Assembly (NCBI RefSeq): GCF_964213995.1
Contig: NC_135801.1
Coordinates: forward strand, 64,232,001 to 64,296,000
DNA: 64,000 bases
Reading direction: 5' to 3'
Origin: Mustelus asterias
Taxonomy: Eukaryota
Shown: positions 53,010-64,000 of the stretch, one piece after another
Position numbering within the stretch: position 1 is the stretch's first letter
Layout: the number at the start of each line of letters is the position of its first letter
Translations under genes and position numbers: made by a program
The notes under the pieces: model-generated
What the model saw: the letters and a program-made list of their open reading frames with translations, nothing else
Database searches by the model: none
Told to the model about the DNA's origin: nothing

Positions 53010-53519
53010 ATTATTTCCAGTTTAAAATGGCTGTCTGCGTAGAATGGTTGGTTATTTGAAATATTTGCATAGAATTCCTGGACTCCCCTCTGATGCCCTC
53101 TGTATTTAGACACCTAGCACGACTTGCACATGAAGAGTTGTAGAATGGATGAACTATTGTTGCTAGCGTGAATAGAATTGGAATAGAATCAGATGATAAT
53201 TGGAGTCAGCACTTCATGCCATAAAGAGATGATTATAGAAAAACGTTATTGTACTAAGATGCAGGTCACATCTTCAAAGTTTAATTTCAACTGCAGTCAG
53301 TGGTAGCTTTGAATCAGTATCCATGACTGAAATGGATGTTGATTCCATGCACCCTAGCTTTACCTTTAAATGAAGCAACAAGGAAGAAACCAAATGGTTT
53401 GGCCCAGCTGATAGAAGAGCTTTTTTTTAAAAAAAAAACTTCATGGTCCTAAATGAAAAAGGGGAGTAGCTACTTTGAAAATTGTTCAGTGTGTAAATGT
53501 TTGCCTCGAGGAGATACAA

Positions 53520-53919
53520 CAAAAGCTTTACTCATGCTAACAGCAATGGGGGACTTGTCTCTTTGTGATAGACTCCAGTTAAACTAGACTGGAACCAATG
53601 TCCTGCTGAATCGAATAACTAGGTTGGCAGAGGACACATTAATAAGGTTCAGGCAAGGAGTAATTTTGTAAGTCTGAAGACAAAAGACAAGGCCATAAAG
53701 CAGGGTAACAATTTGGGTAAAATCAAGCAGATTGTGCCTGTAAAGGACAGAGACTTTAATAATACTAATATAGCATCAGTAACTTAGCCCACCCACATCA
53801 GTGAAAGATAGTAAAAGGCAAAAAATAAAGTGCTATATCTGGATGAATAAAACATTCATAACAAGATAGATAATTCAGTGACTCATATGGATTTGATTTA
53901 TTCGACATTACTGAAACAT
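53520..53919 (+). mobile_element. Old CR1, ORF1/ORF2 junction; continues at about 59261-62460
   Basis: LNxTGTNVL-like ORF1 end, KVLYL and ITETW of the ORF2 endonuclease. Confidence 0.55.
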
Positions 53920-54697
53920 GGGCTAGAATTTTCCAGCCACCCAGCGGACCCTCTCACCAGTTGAGGAACAGGCCGCAGAGCTGGTTGGTGAACATAGGGA
54001 TCGTACCTGAGTGGAAGTGAGATTGGCCTCCCCCAACAAGCCAGTGAGTGTGCAATCCAGTCTACGATAAAAACGTGGGCAATAACTGAATGATCTGTAA
54101 TGCATGCGTTTGCCTAATCAATCAATAAATTTCTCCTCTCTATTCCAGGTACCAGCAAGACACAGGGGAGGACATCCTTGACAAGAGGAATCGGCCCTGG
54201 GCCCCAGACTACCTCTGAGGAGGAAGCAGACCTATCCTCAGTTGAAGATCCGTCACGGTGTAGACTTGCATCCTCCACCAGCTGCATGCACCACAGTGGG
54301 ACCCAACTTTAGAGTAGGTTCGGGTTTACAGTTTGTGACCATCTCACAGACATATGCCCACAGCCGGTGGAGGGAGTAGCAGCCAAGATCTCTGACACTC
54401 TGATCACTGCTGGTGACCAAACATCTGCTGAGTTCATGTCTGATAATGAACCTCTGGAATTAGTCCTATGACAAATGTTGGAGATGCAGTGACAGGCAGG
54501 AGAACATCAGGCAGATTTGTTAGAGACTGTCAGCAGTCTGGAACAAAAGATGGAAAAGTCCATCCACATTTTGTCTGATGTTGTGGCTTGGGTGTGCAAA
54601 CGCATCAAAGTTTTGGTTGGGAGGGAGATGGCTGCCTTGGAGACACAGGATCATGAGTTTCTGCTGGATTTGCATTTGGACCTGCACACTATCCCTC

Positions 54698-54875
54698 TAT
54701 GATGTGGAGATGCCGGCGTTGGACTGGTGTAAACACACCAGGTTAAAGTTTCATCAGTTTCATCACCAGTTTCATCACTCACCTGATGAAGGGGCAGCAC
54801 TCCAAAAGCTAGTGGCTTGTGCTACCAAATAAACCTGTTGGACTTTAACCTGGTGTTGTGAGACTTCTTACTGTG
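54698..54875. mobile_element. Short Penelope pLTR insertion (inverted plus direct) with a 10-bp TSD and a hammerhead motif
   Basis: actatccctc at 54688-54697 and 54876-54885; acaccaggttaaagt pairs with actttaacctggtgt; cac CTGATGA aggggcagcactcc AAAA gcta gtg at 54780-54814. Confidence 0.8.
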
Positions 54876-56324
54876 ACTATCCCTCGAGCCATGGGTGCAT
54901 TCCATCAGTTGCTTGGTGAGAAGGGAATGGGTCATCTTGACTTCCCCTTAGGTGTCCCTTCTCCCAAGGAGTCAGGAAAGGAAGAGGGGCACCTGCTAGT
55001 CACCCCAGTGGTATCCACCTAGGACATTTCAAGAGTGCCCTCTACCAGTGACCCCATCAATTCCACCAAGTCAGGCTGAGGAAGGTGCAGCTGTCTCCAA
55101 GCAGGAAACTCTAAGCAGGCTGCGGCCCTCAAGGCCTCAGGCCACCAGAGGATGCCTGTCAAAGTCACCTCAGACAACAGGGCACAGTACTTAGCAGGCT
55201 GCCTCCACCTCAGCTGTGCAAGTTAGGGCTGCACTTCAACAGAGCAATACAGTAAGAAAGATTTCTAAGTTTTGAATGTGCACTGAGGGTAAGAGTGTTC
55301 ACTCATGTATATATTTTTCACTTCTGTGAATATATTTTATATAATTTCCAAACCTCTCAGAGTCAATTGATGTTCAATGTGATTTAAAGTCCCGCGTTTA
55401 TTTGAGGGTCAAACATGTACCCCCCGCAATAAACTCTCATCGGAATCTTCAGTGGCATTAATTCTCATGCAATCTCACCACAGAGAGTGGATTTTATTTA
55501 TTTTTTCACATTTGCGACATTAGGAATGCACCGACGGCTGGCCAATCAGCCTGTAATCTCAGGCAAACATGCTCTGGTCTCTGGAGAAATGCTCAGCAAT
55601 GTTAGTGATCATCCTGTTGCTGACACATTGATGTCTGTTGTTTGTGGATGGCACAAGTAGTTGTTGCAACTAACGTTATAATTGTTTCTCCATGAAGTAC
55701 TTTACAACGGTGTTTACTTTATGAGAGTGAATATTTGAAAAAAGTAGCATCAAACTTCAAAATCCATAGACTTCCTTGTTTCTCTATAGCTTGTTCTTGT
55801 CTTCATGTTTAACGCTGAAGATCATTCCATGTTTAGTCCCCACTCTCCTCGTGTATGATGCTGAGCTAGGGAAGTAAGAGTCAATTGGGAAACGTACAAA
55901 TGTCTGTCAGAGAAGTGTGTATGTGATGTCAGAAGTGTATGCTAATCTAGATGAAGCAGTCTCATTATCTGTGAGGATCTTACATTGCTCCTGGACAGCT
56001 GCCTAACGGTGATTTACATGATCCTTGGATAAAGGTACAGCGCAAAACTCGATCTGGAATTCATTGCATGGCTGAGCTCTCATTGACTGAGGGTATATAG
56101 AAAGGATTGGCCTTTGTGAGCTGGACCATGACAAGAATAGTCATGCTCTGAAAGCGATGCTTTTGCAAATCTCCTAAATCCTCAGCAAGGAGTATGAAGG
56201 GTAGGGGTTGTCATTGGCTGCTGTGTCAATAATAACTGGGTCAAGTCTCACCCTAAGGCAAAGGTCATCCAGGACAGAATCCAGGATGATTGCAGGGCCC
56301 TGGGTGTTGGTTACTTATCAGACC

Positions 56325-57035
56325 ATTGTACAGCCAGTGAAATTCTGCAAGTCCAGGCAAGCTGTGGGGATTACAGATAGTGTGACATGAACCCAAGATC
56401 CCGGTTGAGGCCGTCCTCATGTGTGTGGAACTTGGCTATCAGTCTCTGCTCAGTGACTCTGCGTTTTTGTGTGTCATGAAGGCCGCCTTGGAGAATGCTT
56501 ATCCGAAGATCAGAAGCCGAATGCCCGTGACCGCTGAAGTGTTCCCCAACAGGAAGAGAACACTCTTGCCTGGTGATTGTTGAGCGGTGTTCATTCATCC
56601 GTTGTCGTAGCGTCTGCATGGTCTCCCCAATGTACCATGCCTCGGGACATCCTTTCCTGCAGCGTATCAGGTAGACAACGTTGGCCGAGTTGCAAGAGTA
56701 TGTACCATTTACCTGGTGGATGGTGTTCCCACGTGAGATGAACAGGTCTTGCAGAGGTTGCTGTGGCAGGATTGTGTGGTGTCGTGGTCACTGTTCTCCT
56801 GAAGACTGGGTAGTTTACTGCGGACAATGGTCTGTTTGAGGTTGTGTGGTTGTTTGAAGGCAAGAAGTGGGGGTGTGGGGATGGCCTTGGCGAGATGTTC
56901 ATCTTCATCAATGACATGTTGAAGGCTCCGGAGAAGATGTCGTAGCTTCCCCGCTCCGGGGAAGACGCACCAACCTCCTCAGAAGACAAACACGGGACAC
57001 GATAGACAGAGTACCCTTCATCGTCCAGTACTTCC
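56325..57035 (-). mobile_element. Penelope-like element 3' fragment (GIY-YIG endonuclease) with inverted 5' segment
   Basis: CNSANVVYLIRC...YIGETMQTLRQRMNEHR...VGEHF...EQRLIAKFHTHEDGLNRD; 56965-57035 is in the opposite orientation. Confidence 0.88.
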
Positions 57036-59363
57036 AGTACAGAGCAGTGCCAATAGTGATAGGCCCTTCTTTTCCTCATTCTAACCACTGATATCAAGAA
57101 GGCAGCATTTCCTGCAACCAGCATTCTCCGGTACTCCTTGTATCTGGGAAAGTAATCAAGTTTCCCTTGAATGATCTCTCTCCATATCCAAGAATCCAGT
57201 TTCAAACTCTTGGTCTGCCCTTAGTCTAGACATGGCATCCCCAGGCCACCCCTTGCAGGCTGATTTCATCCTGGAGGTTGATGGATAGTTGAGAGTGTCC
57301 CTCTCAGACATGACAGCACATTCACTGCGAGGGTCTTGATTAGACTCAATGGAGCCAAGTGCTACAACCCTCAGTCAGATTGTCAGCTTGCTTCCAGTAG
57401 CCTAGACAATAATAATCTATATCCTTGCCTTGTATGAATGTTATGACTGTGATGCATTGTAAGCCATGAGCAGTACAATGGGAATATTGAGATTTGTAGG
57501 GTCCATTTAGCTTTGATACAACAGCCGTGGTCCTGATTGTTTGATCCTCTTTCTCTTTTCACAGGCCTCTGTGAGGATCAGATGGCCGTCAAACCAACTG
57601 CAGCACCAAACCTTAATGGATTCTCACCTCAATGCATACCATCAGTCAAGCTTGTTTTTGTGCATTAGAATGATTAGACACTCGAGTCCAGGACCCAGCT
57701 GAGCCTTGTTCTCCATGGCTTGAGCAGCATATTAATAGGGCATCCCTTCAATCGGACCAAAATAGTTGTGCTGAACTCCTCCCATGTGCCCTGAGACTCT
57801 CATCCATTTTTTCAAGTTGTTTTTCCAGCTGAGTCATTCATCCATGATTGTGAACATGGTGCCCCCTCATTGCAGTGGGACCAGCTTCCAACCTCCCCCA
57901 ATCACCCACCGAGTTCCTCCCATCTTCCTCTAAAGCCATTGCCCCCTGACTCCCATTCCTCCTCTAACTATCCTGCCTCCCCCTGCTACTATTGACTGCA
58001 TCATTGTACAGGTCGATACTCCTGTTCTCCCTCCTGAACCCTTCAATGTTGATGAGCCATGCCCTTTGTCAATCCGACCCCTCCCCTTCTCGAGGCCACA
58101 TGCACATTTTGTGGCTCTCCTGCTTGAGACCATCCAATACCACTCTTCCCCCCCAACCCCCACCCCCCATGGTTTTTCAGCTGCTGACATGCAGAATACA
58201 GATACCTCCCTGAATATCACTGTTTCCTCTGTCTCCCAATTCCAGGATTCCAACCCTGAGGACCAAAGACATCCATTCACTGACCACACCCGACATACCA
58301 TTCTGTGCATGACTGCCAATCCCCAGAGTGACCTAACTCTGCCCAAGACCAGGACCAAGACATGCATGCCATGCAAAGCCCTCTAACATGGCATGTGCAT
58401 CCCAGGACAATCTTATAAATACGCTCCTGACAGCATGTCCTCAGCCCCAAGACAGTCTCGGAAACATCTCCAGACTGTCCTTTAACTTCTGCCGCCAGAC
58501 AGTCTTTCACTCTTCCACTTGTTCACTCTGATCCTTAACCCTCCCCACACCCCACAACCCAGTCATGTCTTTGTCTCACCCTCCCCTCTCATTTTTTCCA
58601 ATTCCTTTAGTCCTGCCTCTGTCTCACCCATCCCTTCTCGTGTTTCCCCCTGCCCTCAATCTCATCCCTCCCCACTCCTCTTCCCACTCCCCCTCCCTCA
58701 CTCCAGTCCTGTCTCTGTCTTAGCCCTCCCCTCTTGGCTTCCTCCCCTGTAGTCTCTGTCTCACCTATTCCTCCATTCTCCCCTAACTCACTGCCAAGTC
58801 CTGCCATGATCTTACCCCTGCATGCTGGTCATGCCTCCTGTGCTTAACCTTGGTGCATCTTGTTATATGGGCACCCAATATTTAGCAGTAACTGTATTAA
58901 AGGAAGACAAGAGCAGCACCTTCTGACCTCCAACACATGGATGAAGTGAAGCTCACCAGCTGCGTGGCACTTGTATGCAGTTGGAAAACAGACCTTTCTA
59001 ATAATCCGCTGGTGAGGCACTTAATTTGGAGGAGGGCTGTAATTCTGATGAGTTGGCCTTTTACTGAGCATTCATGAGATGCAAATGTGGTTCCTGACTT
59101 AGATCAGCAGGAAACCCGACCCATCTTTAACCTGGCATCAAATTTGGGAGAACAAAATTCCAAACTAATTTCCCACTGGTGGGAAAATGACCATCATGCC
59201 AAACTTAGTGCCCCAGCCCACCACAATTTCCACCACTGGTAAAAGTGGATAATTCTGTCTAAAGCCATTAATATTAGTAAAGGAAAAGTACCAGATAAAT
59301 TTGACTAAAAGTTGACAAATCCCCTGGACCTGATGGCCCACATCCTAATATTTTAGAAGACTT

Positions 59364-59676
59364 TGAAGTTTATTTATTAGTGTCACAAGTAAGCTTACAT
59401 TAATACTGCAATGAAGTTAATGTGAAAATCCCCTAGACGCACACTCCAGAGCCTGGTCAGGTACACTGAGGGAGAATTTAGCATAGCCAATGCACTTAAC
59501 CAGTACGTCTTTCAGACTGTGGGAGGAAACCGGAACACCCGGTGGAAATCCATGCAGACACGGGGAGAATGTCTGTGCAGACTCCGCACAGTCACCCAAG
59601 CTGGAATTTTCTGCACTGTAGGATTCTATGAACCCGCGTCTCTGGTGTTGTGAGGCATCAGTGCTAACCACTGTGC
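59364..59676 (-). mobile_element. V-SINE-like SINE, alternative-tail type, with a 21-bp internal insert
   Basis: Tail cttgtgacactaataaataaactt; insert at 59609-59629. Confidence 0.8.
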
Positions 59677-61299
59677 ATTGACTTTGATCTTCCAAAAATC
59701 CTGAACTTTAACAGAACAGCCCCATGGATTGGAAGATAGAGTTGCCATTTTAAAAAGGAGAGAGGGAGAAAACAAGGAACTATTATTGCCTGTCATCCAT
59801 CATTGGGGAAATATGAGAATCTACTCTTACAGATGCAGTAACAGGGTATTGGGAGATCCCAATATGATTATGCAGAGTTAACGTGATTTTATGAAGGAGA
59901 AATCATGTATGACAAATCTATTAGAGATTTCTGAGAGTGAAGCCTTTCTCATAGATAAGGGCAAACCCGGTGGATGCACCATATTTGGATTTTCAGAAGA
60001 TATTTGATCACACAGTCGTTCATTACATAAGATTAGGGCTCAGAGTAAATTAGAATAGAGTAAATCTATTGTCATGGATTGAGGATTGATTGAGGGGCAG
60101 AAATCAGAGAATAGGAATAAATCGGTCATTTTTGGAGTGGTGGTGAGGTGCAACTAGTGGAATGTTGCAAAGATCAGTGGCCTCAGCTATTTATAGTCTG
60201 TATCAATATATCCAAATTTGCTGATGATACAAAGCTAGTTGGGAAAGCTAGTTGTGAGCAGGATAAAGCAGCCTCAAATTGATATGAACCAGTTCAATGA
60301 TTAGGTAAAAAAATGGTAGCTGGAAAACAATATCAGATAATGTGAAATTATCCAGTTTGGTAGGAAGGATAGAAAAACATTTTTTTTAAAAAGGGAGAGA
60401 CTTTTAAATGTTAAAGTGGAGAGGGATTTGAGTTTCCTTTTACACGAATGACAGAAAGTTAACATGTAGATCCAGCAAGCAAATGATATGTTGGCCTTTT
60501 TTGGAAAGGTGTCTGGAGTACAAGAGAGAGTCATGCTGCAATTATATAGGACTTTGGTCAGACCACAGCTGGAGTACTGCTCAGTTTTGGTCTCCATATC
60601 TGATTCTTGAATTCCCTACCGGAAGGCAAGTCAGGTCCATAGCGCCACAGCCTCCACCATGAGTAGAGCAAGGAGCTAGGTCCCAACTCCACCCCAGCCA
60701 GAATGGGGATCGAACCCCATGCTGGTGTCATCAGTCTGTTCCAGGCAGCTGTCCAGTCAACCAACACCGCAAGGAGAAAATGTTGCTGTGGCAACACACT
60801 TTTACATTCGTGTTGTAGTCTGGAGCTATGGATAGTAGAGGCTTCGACTTTTTTTTTCCATCACATGGCTGAGCAGGAATCTCTGTCATTCTTACAGCAA
60901 TTGGCATGCATTGGAAGGATTTGCTAGTTGATACTCAACATGTTTCGGCATATTATGTACACATCTCACTGGGACTTGAACCCAAAGCGTCTGACTCTGA
61001 GGCAGAGATACTACCTACTGTGCTATGGGACCTCCTCCTCTCTGTATTTAAGGGAGGATATATTTGCCTTAGATGGTGTGCAATGAAGATTCACTAGATT
61101 GATTTCTGAGATGAGAGGACTATCCTATGAGGAGATATTAAGTCAACTGGAATAAAAACTGACAGTGCTGTAAAGCCTCAGCAGTTCTGGCAACATCTTT
61201 GGAGAGAGAAGAGAGTTAATGGTTTGAGTCCAGTAATGACCCTACTTGGTGGGTGTACTTTGGATTTTAGAAGAATGAGAGGTGATCTGCTGAGATATT

Positions 61300-61882
61300 G
61301 GCCGGGATTCTCCTGGCCCTTTGCGCTGCTCGAACCACTGCCACTTTTCTATCAGAATCAATGGTGGAGGGAGGGAGGGAGTGAGGGCTATCGGGGCTGG
61401 CCATTGGGGTGGGGGTTGGGAGGGGTCGGGGCAGGCCATTGGGGTGGGGGTTGGGAGGGGTCGGGGCAGGCCATCGGGGTGGGGATTGGGAGGGGTCGGG
61501 GAAGGCCATTGGGAGGGCAGAGAGATTGGGGCTGGCTTGGGGAGGTGTGGGGAGGGGGGTGGCGGAGTGCCAACGATCAGGGTAGTTGCAGGGAAGGCTA
61601 GTGATTGGGCAGGCCAGCAATGGGGAGGGGGGGGGGGGGGGGTGGGTAGCTGCCAGTGTGCATGCACCGATCTCCGCAGTGACAGATTGTTGCATGCGCA
61701 GAGGCCCACTCGTCACTGTGCTGCCAACCTCTCCAGCGGGAACAGGCCCGACCCCCTACTTACCAGAGTAAATCATGCTGAGGCACTCTGCAATGCTCAG
61801 AGCATTGGAGATTGCTCTGGTAGGAAATATTCCTGTTTTACCACCCATTGGCCACTTAGTTTTTTTGGGGAGAATCCTGGCT
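61300..61882. mobile_element. Harbinger-type MITE with 14-bp TIRs and a 3-bp TSD
   Basis: ggccgggattctcc versus agccaggattctcc (reverse complement of 61869-61882); ATT on both flanks; the host CR1 resumes after it. Confidence 0.75.
61391..61515 (+). repeat. G-rich 35-bp minisatellite (about 3.5 copies)
   Basis: Unit tcggggcaggccattggggtgggggttgggagggg starting at 61391, 61426, 61461 and 61496. Confidence 0.92.
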
Positions 61883-61935
61883 ATTGTTTCCCTGACTGGA
61901 CAGTCAAGATCTATGGGTCACAGTCTCAGGATAAG

Positions 61936-62213
61936 GGGTGGCATGTGGCACAATGGTTAGCACTGCAGCCTCACATCACCAGGGACCTGGGTTCAATTCC
62001 ATCCTTGGGTGACTGTGTGGAGTTTGCACCTTCGCCCCGTGCCTGCATGGGTTTTTCTCCAGGTGCTCCGGTTTCCTCCCACTGTCCAAAGATGTGTCGG
62101 TTAGGTGAATTAGCCATGTTCAATGTGTGGGGTTACAGGGATAGGGTGGAAGAGTTGGCCTTGTGGAGGGTTGGTGCAGACCTGATGGGCTGAATGACCT
62201 CCTTCTGCACTGC
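61936..62213 (+). mobile_element. HE1/V-SINE-like SINE
   Basis: ggggtggcatgtggcacaatggttagcact head, core, ccttctgcactg tail. Confidence 0.82.
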
Positions 62214-63626
62214 TGGTTTAAAAAAAGAGTGATCAGCTATTTGAGACTGAGATGAAGAGAAGTGTTTTCAAATGTTGTGAACCTATGAAATTCTCTTCCC
62301 CAGGGAGCTGTGGATTCTCCGTTTGAGATTGATTGATTATTTTGGACATTAGGAGATAGGGTAAGAAAATGGAGTAGGGAGAGGTAGCTTTAGCCAAATC
62401 CTATTGAACAGTGAAGCAGACTCAAGGAGCGAAATGGCCTGCTCATGTTCCCATTTCTGATTATCTTTCTTCCTCATCAAACGTTTTATGTGCAACTCTT
62501 TTTAAAATGCTAGTTTCAAAATAACTTTCACTTGCAAGGACCAAATAACTTAAGACAGTTTTTGTGCTTTCCAAAAGAAATGTAAGTGTAATTATTACTT
62601 ACTGTAATGTCCAGTGTCAATACAGCTTTTCCTCAATGCTCTTATAATATAGTTCACACTTCACACCTTTTCAGACAGCTGGTAAGTGGCCTCGACTCAA
62701 TTCTGTCCCATTGTGTCTTCAGATTTGCATCAGTTGCTGTGTGGTAACAGAAACAGGAAATAAAACAAAGTGCTTGCATTTGTGTAGTGTTCAGTTCCAT
62801 TTGTAGAATTAAGTATTACTTTGCTAAAACAATGGAAAAGATTGCAGTGGTATAGTACTTTTCATGACCTCTGATGTTTTGGAGCATTTTACAACCACTG
62901 AAGTGCTTTGGAAGTATAGTCACTGTTATAGTGTAGGGAAACGTAGCCACCAATTTGCACAGAACAATACCTTATGACATGTTAACAATACTTGGGGAAT
63001 TAAAGACATCAGGATTTGAGATTCACTTAGAGATTGTATGAGGCATTGGAGCAATGGGCTGGATGTGACGCTCCAACTGACAGGTTTAAAGTTTGGTTGG
63101 GAGGGGGTCATATATATCCAGCGAATGGCCTTCTTATAACCTACCTACTTGCCCCTGACCTGTCTGAAATTTTAGAGGTGCAAGGGACGTGTCAGGCAGC
63201 TTGCCTGCCCTTGGGCTAATGGAGGCCTTTAGGTAGCTAATTAATGGCAGAAGAGGTCCACACCAATGGGCAGACTGGTGTCAGGCAAGATGCTGGGCTT
63301 CCTTTCCGGATCCCCTGGGTCCTTTGGAGACAACTGTCCCTCAAAATACCTCCCCTTCCCCTCTGCACCTCGGCCTCTTGAACCCAGCACCCCATGCCCT
63401 CATTGCACCCCCACCCCGAGACCTCCTACCCAGAACCTACCTGGGGTCCCGGCATAGTGAGACTGCTTGCAGTTCCAGCAGTCATTCACACTTCTAATGG
63501 CATTAATTTGCTGAAGGGCAGCTCTCAGGATCATGGGCTGGTTCCTGTTGTGATGAGGTTCTTGGGCCTTTAAGAAGACATAATTTAATTTGCTGTCAAT
63601 CACTTTCACCTCTACAGATGTATTTG

Positions 63627-63936
63627 TCATAGAATCCCTACAATGCAGAAGGGGACCATTTAGCCAATGGAGTCTGCACCAACAACAATCCCACCCAGAC
63701 CCTATCCCCGTAACCACACGCATTTACCCTGCTAGTCCCCCTGACACTAAGGGGCAATTTTTCATGGCCAATCCACTAACCCACACATCTTTGGACTGTG
63801 GGAAGAAACTGGAGGAAACCCATGCAGACATGGGGAGAATATGTAAACTCCACACAGTCACCCGAGGCTGGAATTGAACCTAGGTTCCTGGCGGCACTGT
63901 GAGGCAGCAGTGCTAACCACTGTGTCACCGTGCTGC
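63627..63936 (-). mobile_element. HE1/V-SINE-like SINE, near full length
   Basis: Minus-strand head cagcacggtgacacagtggttagcactgctgcctcacag; tail gtagggattctatga. Confidence 0.87.
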
Positions 63937-64000
63937 TATGATGTTCATTCAGTCTACAGGCAGCACCAATCCTGTCATATGTTTGTTACTTTTCCGTCAA

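Larger units (their letters stand above)
53920..59260. mobile_element. Decayed Harbinger/PIF-like transposon with two convergent gene remnants and nested Penelope inserts
   Basis: TIR-like ends gggctagaattttcca and (reverse complement) agacagaattatcca; minus-strand SINLQ (57271-57285) and frameshifted ARWPGxCH-like motif (57229-57256); plus-strand coiled-coil LEMQxQAGEHQADLLETVSSLEQKMEKSI after a ttccag acceptor. Confidence 0.5.
59261..62460 (+). mobile_element. Old CR1 ORF2 3' part, fragmented by nested SINEs, a MITE and a Penelope-derived piece
   Basis: KVDKSPGPDG, YLDFQKIFD, SKFADDTK, LYRTLVRPQLEYC and RRMRGDL motifs in order, with insertions. Confidence 0.75.

Noticed and set aside
56591-57205. 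204-aa ORF as a novel gene
   Set aside because: A chance fusion across transposon junctions, mostly out of frame with the Penelope protein.
61391-61515. CRISPR-like array
   Set aside because: Head-to-tail units without unique spacers, in eukaryotic DNA with no cas genes.
61224-62193. Gly- or Pro-rich ORFs up to 290 aa
   Set aside because: Products of the G-rich minisatellite, MITE and SINE; low complexity.

Overview
Eukaryotic, repeat-rich vertebrate DNA, very probably from a cartilaginous fish (shark), judged from its repeat complement: HE1/V-SINE-like SINEs, a Deu-domain SINE, CR1, L2, Rex1/Babar, Tx1, Penelope and Harbinger-like elements. The one host gene is the 3' part of a tolloid-like astacin metalloprotease, best matching TLL1, on the + strand. 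Six GT-AG exons (7442-7622, 15893-16018, 21153-21280, 31728-31941, 46807-47057, 49528-49662) splice in frame to 344 aa (end of CUB3, EGF2, CUB4, CUB5, stop), followed by a repeat-free 3'UTR of about 2.05 kb. The rest is intron or intergenic DNA filled with nested transposon remnants. I found no clearly new multi-gene system. The best leads are: (i) several Penelope-type minimal hammerhead ribozyme motifs, one with an intact core on the sense strand of the TLL1 pre-mRNA; (ii) a candidate BMP1-short-like alternative terminal exon after CUB3; (iii) a locally templated 242-bp insertion with template-switch scars and asymmetric decay; (iv) a twin-priming-like inversion in a Penelope copy; (v) a miR-29 8mer in the 3'UTR. 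Repeat boundaries are approximate, and family names come from motif recall, not database searches.
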